The notes beneath the pieces were generated by a model, which was not told the DNA's origin, ran no database searches, and saw only the letters and a program-made list of their open reading frames with translations. Positions 39,601 to 52,200 of a DNA stretch of 64,000 bases are shown here, one piece after another (within the stretch, counting starts at the first letter, position 1; each line of letters opens with the position of its first letter). Position numbers and translations under genes: made by a program. Source of the stretch: Anaeramoeba ignava BMAN (Eukaryota > Protista > Anaeramoebae); NCBI GenBank assembly GCA_028826165.1, contig JAPDFW010000059.1:682001-746000 (forward strand). The letters are read 5' to 3'.

Positions 39601-42600
39601 AAAAAAAAAATTTAATTAAGAAAATCCATTGTTTTTTGACTTACTTTTCAGATTCGCTCATTAATAAATTGGTTGTTCTTGATTCTCTTAAATTATTAGA
39701 ATTTGATGCAATTTCTCGAAATTGTTCAAGTTGAGAAATTGATTTCAAAATTTCAAACCAACTATCTTGAAGATAATTTCCATCTAAAACAAAAACAAAA
39801 ACAAAAACAAACACAAACACAAACAACAATTAATTTAAATTTGCTTGTCTTTTTGCTTTTGAATATCAAACCAGAATTGGCAACTCTAATCAGTGTTTTA
39901 ATCGAGTAAATATTCTTTGTTTTGATTTCAGCTGTATTTCTTAACAAAGTAAAGCCTGTTAAACAGCTCACAAAAATACTTCTTTCAAGATCCATATAAA
40001 ATGTTCCTGCAATTTTAATTGCATAACGAATTCCATAGAGGCATTCTCGAATAATTTTTTTGACAGAAGCTTCCTCCAAAATGGATGAAAAAGAAGAAAG
40101 TAAATCTCTCCAAGAAGTTTCAAACATTGGTCTTGCATGAGCAACATGAGTAGCTGTGTAAAACAAAGGGTCATTGAATAATTTTTCGTTATGAAAGAGT
40201 TTTTGAGATTTTGTAATCATTTTTTCACTTTCCTCCATAAATAATTGAATTTTTTGTTTTGGAGTCAAAAATTCTAAGAAAACAAAACAAACAAATCAAA
40301 TCAAATCAAATTAAAATAATAAGAAGAATATTGTTTGTTTGTTTGTTTGTTTGTTTTTTGGAATGAATATAATAATAATGATAATAATTTACCATCTCTT
40401 TGAGATAAATTAAATTCTTCTTTGTCTCCATCCATTTTCATTTCTATTGAAATTACATCATCATAAATTGAACAAAGAAATTCTGGTGGGAGATCGTTTC
40501 CAGAATCAATTCCTCGATTATTAGAAATAAACTCTTCTTTAGTCATTTTTGTTTTGATTCCTGGATTATGAGCATCTGTATGGAGCATTATTACTGCATA
40601 AGCTAAAACATATGCAGTATCTGCACTTGAAAAAATATTTGGATTATTTTCATAAAATTTTTCCGAAAATTTTTCCATAATTCTGTCAATTTTTTGTGAT
40701 TCTCCAGGTAAACGAAATCCTGATAAAAAATATCTTAAAGCGCTATAAAAATTTTGTTGTGAAAAATCCATTGTATCAACCCAATGATGCAAAACTTGCA
40801 AACATATTGGGTCTGGATCTCCTAAATATTCTCCAATTTTGGATTTTTTTAATTCTTCAGTGTTTTTCAGAAATTTTGTAATTTCTTGAACATTATTTTG
40901 GAGGTAATTGCTTTCAATGAGAAATTCAATTCCCTTGAAAAATATAAATTCAATATAAATTTTAATTTTAATTTTGAATTTTAATTTTTAATTTTTACTT
41001 TTTTGGGTGATTTGTTAAAGATCTCAATTCCTTGTTCAAAAATTTTCTTTACTTCAAGTTGCTTTTCAAGTGTCTCAGGTGATTTTACATTTAATTTGAT
41101 GCTTTCTTGGTTATCTTTTAACACTCTTAAACAATATGATGATATCCTTGTGATTGAAGAACGTTTAAAATTTTCTACATTGCTTTTTTTGGAGTTATTT
41201 TTTCGATTCAAAAAAGGAGATTCAATCAATAATTTATTTGTTTCATTTTTTTCATCGAAATCAATTGATTTTTCCGTTTGAAGATCAAGTTCAGAAAATT
41301 CTTCATCGCTTTGAGAAGGGTCTGTAACAACTTTTGAAATATTTCCAGAAGAAAGAATATGCTCCGAAATGAGTTTCTGTTCAACCTCATCGATTTCATG
41401 GAAATCTCCACACCAAAGCATAATAGATTTAGTAACCGTATAGAGAATTCTGAGAGATAATCTTCTTAATACTCCATACTGATCAAGTGATATCCAACTT
41501 TCCATTGATGGTTTATAAACTTCGCGTGATATTTTGGATACTGTTTGAATTAATCTTTCAAAAATTGCAGATGAATTTGATTTTGTTCCACAATCATAAT
41601 TGACAAAAATATCAACAATATTTTGTGGATCTCGACTCAATTTCAAAAATGTTGATAAAACATATCCTCTTTGTTGATAAATACTATGCTTGCTTTCAAG
41701 AATAAGCAAGAAATTATTGAATAAAACTCCAATCTCGTTCTTTTAAAAAAAATAAAATTATAAATATATAAATAAATATAAAAATATAAATATAAATGTA
41801 CTTTCAAATAATATTTGAAATTAATAAAAAGCGAGTAAAAAATTGAGTGAACTAAACGGAATATTTGAGGGGAAGGAGAAACCCCGTTTTTTACAAGAGA
41901 AATACAAAGATCTTTTTTAATGGCGAGAATGAAATCTTGAGAAGATTTGATTTCTTTGTTGCTTTTTTGTATCATTTGTTCTAATAATTCTAAAGATAAT
42001 ATTGTTCCTCTAAGAGAATTTTTGATTTTTTTCAAGGATTCATTTGAGAGAAGAGTAAGAATATAACTAGCATCAGAACATTCTAATGGACTGAATGGTT
42101 TTTCTTTTGTTTCATTGCTTTCACTGCTTAAATTTATTGTTTCTGTATATTCCACATCTTCAATATTTTCATTTTGTTTTTCATTTTCATTTTCATTATT
42201 TTCATTATTTTCATTATTTTCATTTTGTTTTTCATTTCCATTATTTTTATTTTTTTCTTCAGGATTCCCAATTATAATATTTATTAATTGTATTAAAATT
42301 CCTTTTGAAGTTTGTTGATTATTTTCACTTTTGGATTTGATATAAACATGGAAAATGGATTTGATAATTTCTTGTAAATTATCACCATAAATTAAGTCTT
42401 TTTTATCAATAACAATTTGAAATAAAATCTAAATGATGTGATTAAAAAAAAAAAGCAAAAATTGAATAAAAAAAATAAATAAAATTACTTGAATTGAAAT
42501 TAATTTTATTGTTTCATCAGGCAAATTAGAACATTGAGTAACATCTTTAACTACTATATCTATTATTGTTTTATTTTTGTTTTCGGGAATTTCAATATTT

Positions 42601-43104
42601 TTTCTGAAATATCGATAACTAGCCATTTTCTAATATGAAGTAAATATTTATTAATTGAATTAATTGAATTATTTTTTATTGTTTTTTTTTTACTTCAATT
42701 GCAGTTAAAGATGATAAAATGAATTTTGTTTTCTTTGTTAAAATTGCTTCATGAAAAGGACGAAATAATATAAAATTTGTTTCAATATTTTCAATATTTT
42801 TCACATTTTCATCATTTTGTGTTTTTTTTCTGAAAAGAATTAAAAAAAACGTATTTAAATTTTTTTTTAAAATTTTTTTTAAAATTTTTTTACATATTTT
42901 CTTTGAGATAATCTTTTTTTTTTTTTTTTAATAAATAAAATTAAAATGAATTAAATTTAAATTTAAATGAATTATGTCAAATTAGTTTTGTGAAGTTTAA
43001 ATACTTAGACTTTGCTGACAAGTTTCTTTTAAATGTCTAAATTTTTTTGATTTGCCACATTTATCTTTAATATAATTTAAAGATCGTTCCAAAAACACAA
43101 ACAT
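36667..43104 (-). CDS. Large Sec7-domain ARF guanine-nucleotide exchange factor, BIG/Sec7 family; multi-exon
   Basis: MFVFLERSL N-terminus, HUS box DIFVNYDC, Sec7 motifs FRLPGESQKIDRIMEKF and AYVLAYAVIMLHTDAHNP, HDS motifs RLFSLQKL, ELANYHFQQEVLLPF and NIRSGWKAVF. Confidence 0.93.
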
Positions 43105-43264
43105 TTAAAACAAAACAAAACAAAACAAAAACAAAAGCAAAAAATAAAAACAAAAGAGAAAAAAGAGAAAAATGAAAAATTTTTTTTTATTTATAAAAAT
43201 TTTCATCAACAAAACAATAAAAATAATTTTAAACAAAATAATAAAAACAATTTTTAATTTGAAT

Positions 43265-44336
43265 TTTTTAAATTGATTTTGATTTTGATTTTGATTTTGA
43301 TTTTGATTTTGATTTTGATTTTGATTTTGATTTTGATTTTGATTTTGATTTTGATTTTGATTTTGATTTTGATTTTGATTTTGATTTTGATATTGATTTG
43401 ATTTTGATTTTGATTTTGATTTTGATTTTGAATTTGATTTTGATTTTGATTTTGATTTTGATTTTGATATTGATTTTGATTTTGATTTTGATTTTGAATT
43501 TGATTTGAATTTGATTTTTGATTTTGAATTGATTTTGATTTTGATTTTGATTTTTTGATTTTTGATTTTTGATTTTGATTTTGATTTTGATTTTGATTTT
43601 GGATTTGATTTTGATTTTGATTTTGATTTTGATTTGATTTTTGATTTTGATTTGATTTTGATTTTGATTTTTGATTTTGATTTTGATTTTGATTTTGATT
43701 TTGATTTTGATTTTAATTTTGATTTTGATTTTAATTTTGATTTTAATTTTGATTTTCATTTTGATTTTGATTTTGATTTTGATTTTGATTTTGATTTTGA
43801 TTTTGATTTTGATTTTGAATTGAAATTGATTTTGATTTTGATTTTGATTTTTTAATTGATTTTGATTTTGATATTGATTTTGATTTTGATTTTGATTTTG
43901 AATTTGATTTTGATTTGATTTGAAATTGAAATTGAAATTGATTTTGATTTTGATTTTGATTTTGATTTTGATTTGAAATTGAATTTTGATTTTGATTATT
44001 TTTCTTTTTCGTTTTCTTTTTTATTTTCGTTTTGAATTTGATTTTGATTTTGAATTTGATTTTGATTTTGATATTGATTTTGAATTTGATTTTGAATTTG
44101 ATTTGATTTGATTTGATTTTGATTTTGATTTTGATTATTTTTCTTTTTCGTTTTCTTTTTTATTTTCGTTTTGATCTTGATTTTGATTTTGATTTTGATT
44201 TTGATTTTGATTTTGATTTTGATTTTGAATTTGATTTTGATTTTGAAATTGAAATTGATTTTGATTTTGATTTTAATTTTGATTTTGATATTGATTTTGA
44301 TTTGAAATTGAATTTTGATTTTAATTTTGATTTTGA
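43265..44336. repeat. (GATTTT)n microsatellite between the syntaxin and Sec7 genes
   Basis: Directly visible. Confidence 0.9.
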
Positions 44337-45865
44337 TTATTTTTCTTTTTCGTTTTCTTTTTCTTTTTTATTTTCGTTTTGATTTTGAATTTGGTTTTGA
44401 TTTTGATTTTGCTCTTCAAGAATTTCGTGAGTTGAATCTTTTTGAACATTTCTTAAACCCCAACCAATCCAAGCACCAAGACCTGTAAAAGTAGCACCAC
44501 TTAAATAACTACCAGTTTTAAAACCAGCTAAAGATCCACCAACTCCACCAAAAATACCACCAATAATAGCGCCAATAATTGGAAAACTAGCAGCTTTTAA
44601 AAATGAAGCCTTTAAAAAATTAAAAATAAAAAAAAGCAAATAAAATGAGAACAAAAATGAGAACAAAATAAAATAAAGTAAATAAATACTTTTCCAAGTT
44701 CGTTTTTTCCTTCTTCAATCAAATTATCTGTTGTATTTATATTTTTTTCAACTATTTTTAAATTTTCATTTTGGTTATTAATTAAAACTCCAACTTCTTT
44801 ATAAAGTTCCATTAATTCTATTAAATCTGGTTGTAACTTTTCAATTTCTTTCTTTCTTTCTTCAAATTTTTCATTTTCATTTTTATTTTCATTTTCATAA
44901 ATTAAAAGATTTTCTTGTAAATTTCCAAAATCTATATCAATTTTATTTGAATCATTATTTTGATTTTGATTTTGATTTTGATTTTCAATTTGAATTTGAT
45001 TTTGAATTTGATTTTGATTTTCAATTTGATTTTGATTTTGATTTTGATTTTTTAATTGATTTTGATTTTGATTTTTTAATTGATTTTGATTTTGATTTTG
45101 AATTTGATTTTGATTTTGATTTTGATTTTCATTTTTTAATTGATTTTGATTTTTTAATTGATTTTGATTTTGATTTTCAATTTGATTTTTTAATTGGTTT
45201 TGATTTTGATTTTCAATTTGATTTTCAATTTGATTTGAATTATTTTTTTTTTGTTCTTCATCTTCATCTTCATCTTCATCTTCATCTTCTTTTAGATATA
45301 ACATTTGAAAAGAATCAGAATCATCAACTGATATTTCTTTTATTTGAATATTTTCTTGATTAAAAATATGATTAGAAATATAATTTAAAAATTGTAATTT
45401 TAATTTTGTAAATTTTTGTAAATAAATATCCATTTCTTTGTCAAAATCAGTTGATTCTTTATTTTTTTCTTGTTCTGAATAATAATTTTCTAAGAAAAAA
45501 GTTTCACAATCTCTAATTACATCTTGAATAAGTAATTTTTTTACTAAAAATTCATTCATTTTCTTTTCATTTTTCTTTAAAAATAAAATGAATAAAAATA
45601 AAAAATTAATTAAAAAAAAAAGAAAAAATTTCGGAAAAAATTTTTAAAAGTAAAAAAAGATACAATTGATTCAAATAAATCAGAAAATTTATTCAAGAAA
45701 CGAATGACTCTTGATTTCTTTTGTTCTTCAGTTACTATTATGTTGTAAAAAAAAATAATTAAAATTAAAAATTAAAAATTAAAAATTAATTAAGATTTTT
45801 TTAATTAAACCTAATAAAAGATCTGGTTCTGAATTTTCTGGTATTAAATAATCTTTAAATGACAT
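44337..45865 (-). CDS. STX17: Syntaxin 17-like Qa-SNARE, 4 exons
   Basis: SNARE motif LQPDLIELMELYKEVGVLINNQNENL...EEGKNELGK spliced to ASFLKAASFPIIGAIIGGIFGGVGGSLAGFKTG...GLGAWIG, the double glycine-rich TM hairpin diagnostic of STX17. Confidence 0.85.
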
Positions 45866-46112
45866 TTTTAAACAATAATAAAAATATTGAAACAAAATAA
45901 AAAAAAGAAAGAAAAAAAATGAAAAAACGATTTTTGAAAAATTTTTTTTTAGATTGAATTAACCAACAAATTTTTGAAAGAAGTTTTAAAAAAAAAAAAT
46001 GGAAAAAATTTGTAACATAATTGAATCTTTTTCAAAAAAAAAAAATATTATTGTTTCCTCAATAAAATCAATAAAATCAATAAAATCAATAAAATCAATT
46101 AAATCAATAAAA

Positions 46113-46673
46113 TCAATTATTTTCGTTTTCATTTTCATCTTCTCTTTCATTAGCATTTTCACATTCATCAATCCATTTATGATAAACATCAATTGGTTCA
46201 GAAAGATCTAAAATTAAAATTAAAATTAAAATTAAATTAAAATTAAAATTCAAATCTAAATTAAAATTAAAATTAAAATTAAAATTAAAATTAAAAATAA
46301 AATTCAAATCAAAATTAAAATTAAAATTAAAATTAAAATTAAAATTAAAATTAAAATTAAAATTAAAATTAGAATTAAAATTAAAATTAAAATTAAAATT
46401 AAAATTAAAATTAAAATTAAAATTAAAATTAAAATTAATATTAAAATAAAAATTAAAATTTGGATTGAATTCTAAAGATATACTATCAATATCCATTTTG
46501 AAAGAAGCTTCACAAACTGAACAAAGAAGTTCTGCTATTTTTCTTTGTCGATCTATTTGAACTGTAACTGTTGATTTATGACAACAAAAAGGACAATCAA
46601 AAATTTTTTCTATTGGACGTGAATAATAACTTTTCTTTTTTTTTGGTGCTTTTCTTGCTTTTCTTCTACCCAT
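46113..46673 (-). CDS. ELF1: Transcription elongation factor Elf1/ELOF1 (exons 46673-46484, 46207-46113)
   Basis: MGRRK...FDCPFCCH...CSVC...D|NLSEPIDVYHKWIDECE. The NFNF stretch in the ORF track is an intron. Confidence 0.92.
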   Translation of the reverse strand: MGRRKARKAPKKKKSYYSRPIEKIFDCPFCCHKSTVTVQIDRQRKIAELLCSVCEASFKMDIDSISLEFNPNFNFYFNINFNFNFNFNFNFNFNFNFNFNSNFNFNFNFNFNFNFNFNFNFDLNFIFNFNFNFNFNFNLDLNFNFNLILILILILDLSEPIDVYHKWIDECENANEREDENENENN

Positions 46674-46907
46674 TTTTAATAATTATAAATATAAATATAA
46701 ATATAATTATAAATTTTTTTTTCTTTTTTTTTTTGAACGTTAGAAATTTTAGTTGTTGTTTTAAAAAAAAATAAATGAAAAATGAAAAATGAAAATTTTG
46801 TTTTTTTGTTTTTTTTAATTAAAAAAAAAAGAAAAAAAAATTTGTTTGAAAAAAAAAATCATAAAAAAAAAAAATCCAAACAAGACTCAATAAGAAAGAT
46901 TTGATAA

Positions 46908-49181
46908 TCATTTTAATGCAGATAAAATTGATTTGTTTTTTGCATAATCTAATGCAGTTTTTCCCTAATTTTTATGATTAAAAAATAATTTAAATAAAAA
47001 AATAAAATGATTTAAATAAAAAGTTTTTTTTTTACATCCTTTCATTTTAAAGTTTAAAATTAATACAAAATTAATACAATATTTATATTTAAATTTATTA
47101 TTTTCTTAAAATTACTTGATCTTTAATTGTTTGATCAGCATTGATTTTAACAAGTGCTTTTACAACATCAACATGACCGTTTGTAACCGCAAGAATTAAG
47201 GCTGTTTCTTTCTATTTATGGAAAAAAAAAATATTAAAAAAAAAATTTCAAACTAAAAAAAATTTTTTACAAACTAAAAAAATAAAAGGAAAATTTTGAT
47301 TAATTTGGTTTTTTTGGATATTTTTTTAGTTTGAAATGAAATCAACATTGTTTTGATGATTAATATTAGCTCCTAATTTAATAAGATGTTCAATAGCATT
47401 TGCATGTCCATTAATACTTGCTAAAAGAAGAGCAGTTTCTCCCTATTTTAATTTTTTAGGAAACAATTTTTTATATCTATTTTTTTTTGCTTTTTAAATT
47501 TTACCCACTAATTATAAATTTAAATATAAATTTTGATATAAATTTAATTATAAATTTTGATATAAATTTAATTATAAATTTTGATATAAATTTAATTATA
47601 AATTTTGAATAAATTTAATTATAAATTTAGATATAAATTTAATTATAACTTTTGATATAAATTTAATTATAAATTTTGATATAAATTTTGAAATAAATTT
47701 AATTATAAATTTTGAAATAAATTTAATTATAAATTTTGATATAAATATTGATATAAATTTAATTATAAATTTAATTATAAATTTCGATATAAATTTAATT
47801 ATAAATTTAATTATAAATTTAATTATAAATTTAATTATAAATTTAATTATAAATTTAATTATAAATTTAATTATAAATTTAATTATAAATTTAATTATAA
47901 ATTTAATTATAAATTTTGATATAAATTTAATTATAAATTTAATTATAAATTTAATTATAAATTTAATTATAAATTTAATTATAAATTTTTGATATAAATT
48001 TAATTATAAATTTAATTATAAATTTTAATTATAAATTTAATTATAAATTTGATATAAATTTAATTATAAATTTAATTATAAATTTAATTATAAATTTAAT
48101 TATAAATTTAATTATAAATTTAATTATAAATTTAATTATAAATTTGATATAAATTTTAATTATAAATTTAATTATAAATTTTAAATAAATTTTAATTATA
48201 AATTTAATTATAAATTTAATTATAAATTTAATTATAAAATTTAATTATAAATTTAATTATAAATTTAATTATAAATTTTGAAATAAATTTAATTATAAAT
48301 TTAATTATAAAATTTAATTATAAATTTAATTATAAATTTAATTATAAATTTAATTATAAATTTAATTATAAATTTAATTATAAATTTAATTATAAATTTC
48401 ATTATAAATTTAATTATAAATTTAATTATAAATTTAATTATAAAATTTAATTATAAATTTAATTATAAATTTAATTATAAATTTAATTATAAATTTAATT
48501 ATAAATTTAATTATAAATTTAATTATAAATTTAATTATAAATTTAATTATAAATTTTAATTATAAATTTAATTATAAATTTAATTATAAATTTAATTATA
48601 AATTTAATTATAAATTTAATTATAAATTTAAATATAAATTTTGATATAAATTTTGATATAAATTTTGATATAAATTTTGAAATAAATTTAATTATAAATT
48701 TTGAAATAAATTTAATTATAAATTTAATTATAAATTTTGATATAAATTTAATTATAAATTTAATTATAAATTTAATTATAAATTTAATTATAAATTTAAT
48801 TATAAATTTAATTATAAATTTAATTATAAATTTAATTATAAATTTAATTATAAATTTAATTATAAATATAATTATAAATTTTGATATAAATTTAATTATA
48901 AATTTAATTATAAATTTAATTATAAATTTAAATATAAATTTAATTATAAATTTAATTATAAATTTAATTATAAATTTAATTATAAAATCTTTCTTTAAAA
49001 AATTTTTTTGGAAAAACTTTTTAATCTTTAGGATAATTGTAAATTTTTTTATTTAAAAATTTACTTCATTTTGACTATTCACATCAATTCCTGAATCAAT
49101 TAACTTTTGTATTTGTTGAATGTCTCCATGACCTCCCGCTTCAAGTAAAAGATCTACTGGTGAATTATCTTCGTCATACAT
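46908..49181 (-). CDS. Small ankyrin-repeat protein, 7 exons including three single-codon micro-exons; missed by the ORF track
   Basis: Exons 49181-49065, 47507-47505 (TGG), 47442-47347, 47273-47271 (TTT), 47211-47116, 47038-47036 (GAT) and 46964-46908 give ...GIDVNSQNE|W|GETALLLASINGH...GANINHQNN|F|KETALILAVTNGH...ADQTIKDQ|D|GKTALDYAKNKSILSALK*. Confidence 0.88.
47510..48985. repeat. Intronic 12-bp tandem repeat (AAATTTAATTAT)n
   Basis: Fills intron 1 of the small ankyrin gene. Confidence 0.9.
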
Positions 49182-49281
49182 TTTTTAAAAAATTGAAAAA
49201 AATGATTGAAAAAAAAATGAAAAAAAAAAGCAAAAAAAAAATAAAATCATTTTTATTGAAAAAAAAAAAAGAAAAATTGGT

Positions 49282-52200
49282 TCATTCCAAAATATTATCT
49301 GAAATTTTCTTTATTATTGAGATTTTGATTAATCTGTTTCTGAATTTGATTGTGATTGTGATTGTGATTGTGATTGTGATTGTGAATTTGAATTTGATTT
49401 TGATTTTGAATTTGAATTTGATTTTGAATTTGATTTTGAATTTGAATTTGATTTTGATTTTGAATTTGATTTTGAATTTGAATTTGATTTTTTGATTTTG
49501 AATTTGATTTTGAATTTGATTTTGAATTTGATTTTGATTTTGATTTTGATTTTGATTTTGAATTTGATTTTGATTTTGAATTTGATTTTGAATTTGAATT
49601 TGATTTTTCATCTTCTGATTTTGATTTTGAATTTGAATTTGATTTTGATTTTGATTCTGATTTTGAATTTGAATTTGAATTTGATTTTGATTTTGATTTT
49701 GAATTTGATTTTGATTTTGAATTTGAATTTGATTTTGATTTTGATTTTGATTTTGAATTTGAATTTGAAGTTGATTTTGAATTTGAATTTGATTTTGATT
49801 TTGAATTTGAATTTGATTTTGAATTTGAATTTGATTTTGAATTTGAATTTGATTTTTCATCTTCTGAATTTGATTTTGATTCTGAATTTGATTTTGATTT
49901 TGAATTTGATTTTGAATTTGATTTTGAATTTGAATTTGAATTTGATTTTGAATTTGATTTTGATTTTTCATCTTTTGAATTTGAATTTGATTTTGAATTT
50001 GAATTTGATTTTGAATTTGAATTTGATTTTGAATTTGAATTTGATTTTGATTTTGAATTTGATTTTTCATCTTCTGATTTTGATTTTGATTTTGAATTAG
50101 AATTTGAAGTTGATTTTGATTTTGATATTGATTCAGAAATTGAAATTGAAATTGATTTTGATTTTTCATCTTCTGATTTTGATTTTGATTTTGATCTTGA
50201 TTTTGATTTTGATTTTGATTTTGATTTTGATTTTGATTTTGATTTTGAAATTGATTTTGATTTTGATCTTGATTTTGATTTTGATTTTGATTTTGATTTT
50301 GATTTTGATTTTGATTTTGATTTTGAATTTGAATTTGAATTTGAATTTGATTTTGATTTTGATATTGAATTTGGTAATGTTATTGACTTTGATAAAGAGA
50401 CTGAATTCGAGTTTGAATTTGAATGGGAATTTGAATTTGAATTTGAATTTGAATTTGATTTTGATTTTGGTTTTGATTTTGGTTTTGATTTTGGTTTTGA
50501 TACTGAATCATCTTTTGGGTTTTGATTTTGGTTTTGTGTTTGATTTTGATTTTGTGTTTGATTATGATTTTGATTTTGATTTTGATTTTGATTTTGGTTT
50601 TGGTTTTGATTTTGATTTTGATTTTGATTTTGATTTGTATTTGAATTTGATTTTGGTTTTGATTTTGATTTTGATTTTGATTCATCCTTTTTTTGTTTTG
50701 ATTCATCTTCTGATTTTGAATTTGATTTTGTCTCTGAATCTGAATTTGATTTTGAATTTAAACTTGAAATTTCTGTAAGTTCTGAACTTTCTGTAGTTGA
50801 ATTTGAATTTGAATTTTGATTTATATTTTGATTTATATTTTGTTTGATTTTATATCTTGTTGTGGTTTTATATCTTGTTGTGGTTTTATATCTTGTTGTG
50901 GTTTTATATTTTGTTGTGGTTTTGGATTAGTTTCAGAATTAGTTTCAGAGTTAGTTTCAGAATTAGTTTCAGAGCTAGTTTCAGAGCTAGTTTCAGAATC
51001 AGTTTCAGAATCAGTTTCAGAATCATTAGAATCTATATTGATTTTTTTATCTTTATCTTTATCTTGATTTTGGTTTTGAATTTGAATTTGATTAGATTTT
51101 GATTTTGATTTTGATTTTGGTTTTGTGTTTGATTTTGATTTTGATTTTGTTTTTGGTTTTAAATTTGATTTTGATTTTGATTTTGGTTTTGTTTTTGATT
51201 TTGTGTTTGATTTTGGTTTTGGTTTTGTTTTTGATTTTGGTCTTGATTTTAAATTTGATTTTGATTTTAAATTTGATTTTGATTTTGAAATTGATTGTGG
51301 TTTTGATTTTAAATTTGATTTTGATTTTGAAATTGTTTGTGGTTTTGATTTTAAATTTGATTTTGGTTTTGTTTTTGTTTTTGGTTTTGGTTTTGGTTTT
51401 GATTTTGATTTTGATTTTGATTTTGGCTTTGGATCTTTCTTGTGATTCTTGGTTTTATTATGATTCTTTTTTTTATTATGATTCTTTTTTTTATTATGAT
51501 TTTGATTTTGGAATTGATTTTGATTTTGATTTTGGAATTGATTTTGAAATTGATTTTGATTTTGAAATTGATTTTGGTTTTGATTAAATGAATAAGTATC
51601 ATTATCGGTGAAATGTTTTAAAAATTTATCAAGATGTTTTTTATGGATTAAAAAGAAGTCATCAGAATTAAATGATTTATGCTCAAAAGGACATAAATTA
51701 TCTTCACATTTATCTCCTTTTTTGCAAACTAGAATTTAAATGTTTGTTTGAATGTAATTTAAATATTTTTTTTTTGGATATAATTTTGATTGTAAAATTT
51801 ACGTTTTTTAATAGGTTGTGGCCGAGGATCCCTAAAATGACAATTAACTAAGTTTTTAGGATCGATATTAGGGTGCTGCAAACCGATTTGGTATTTGAAA
51901 TCTAAAAAATCTTCCATTCTTGGATGAGAATATTTGCAAATAGTAGACTTGCATTTTTCATTTCTATAAAAACTTGGGCATACAGTTTGACTTTTTGGAT
52001 GTAAAGATTCATCTTTTTTATCTAAATGTTCTTGTAAAGAACACCAACCAGCCAAAAAATGTTGGCATAACTCTTTTTTAGCTTTCTAAATTTTTTATTT
52101 TTAAATTAAATTGATTTTGAATTAAATTGAATTTGAATTTGATTTAAATTGAATTTGAAATTGAATTTGAATTTGATTTTGAATTTAAATTGAATTGATT

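Noticed and set aside
47510-49064. Banks of alternative, mutually exclusive micro-exons inside the long ankyrin introns
   Set aside because: I found no additional AG-NNN-GT units in this intron or in 19711-20835. Each position has only one candidate codon, so Dscam-like choice among alternatives is not supported here.
23880-51775. Frameshifts in the ARM (~23885), CEP44 (~30110), Sec7 (~36950) and zinc-finger (~51740-51775) genes as programmed frameshifting
   Set aside because: All lie in or beside A/T runs, with no shared slippery motif or downstream structure. This is typical of long-read assembly error and needs short-read polishing to confirm.
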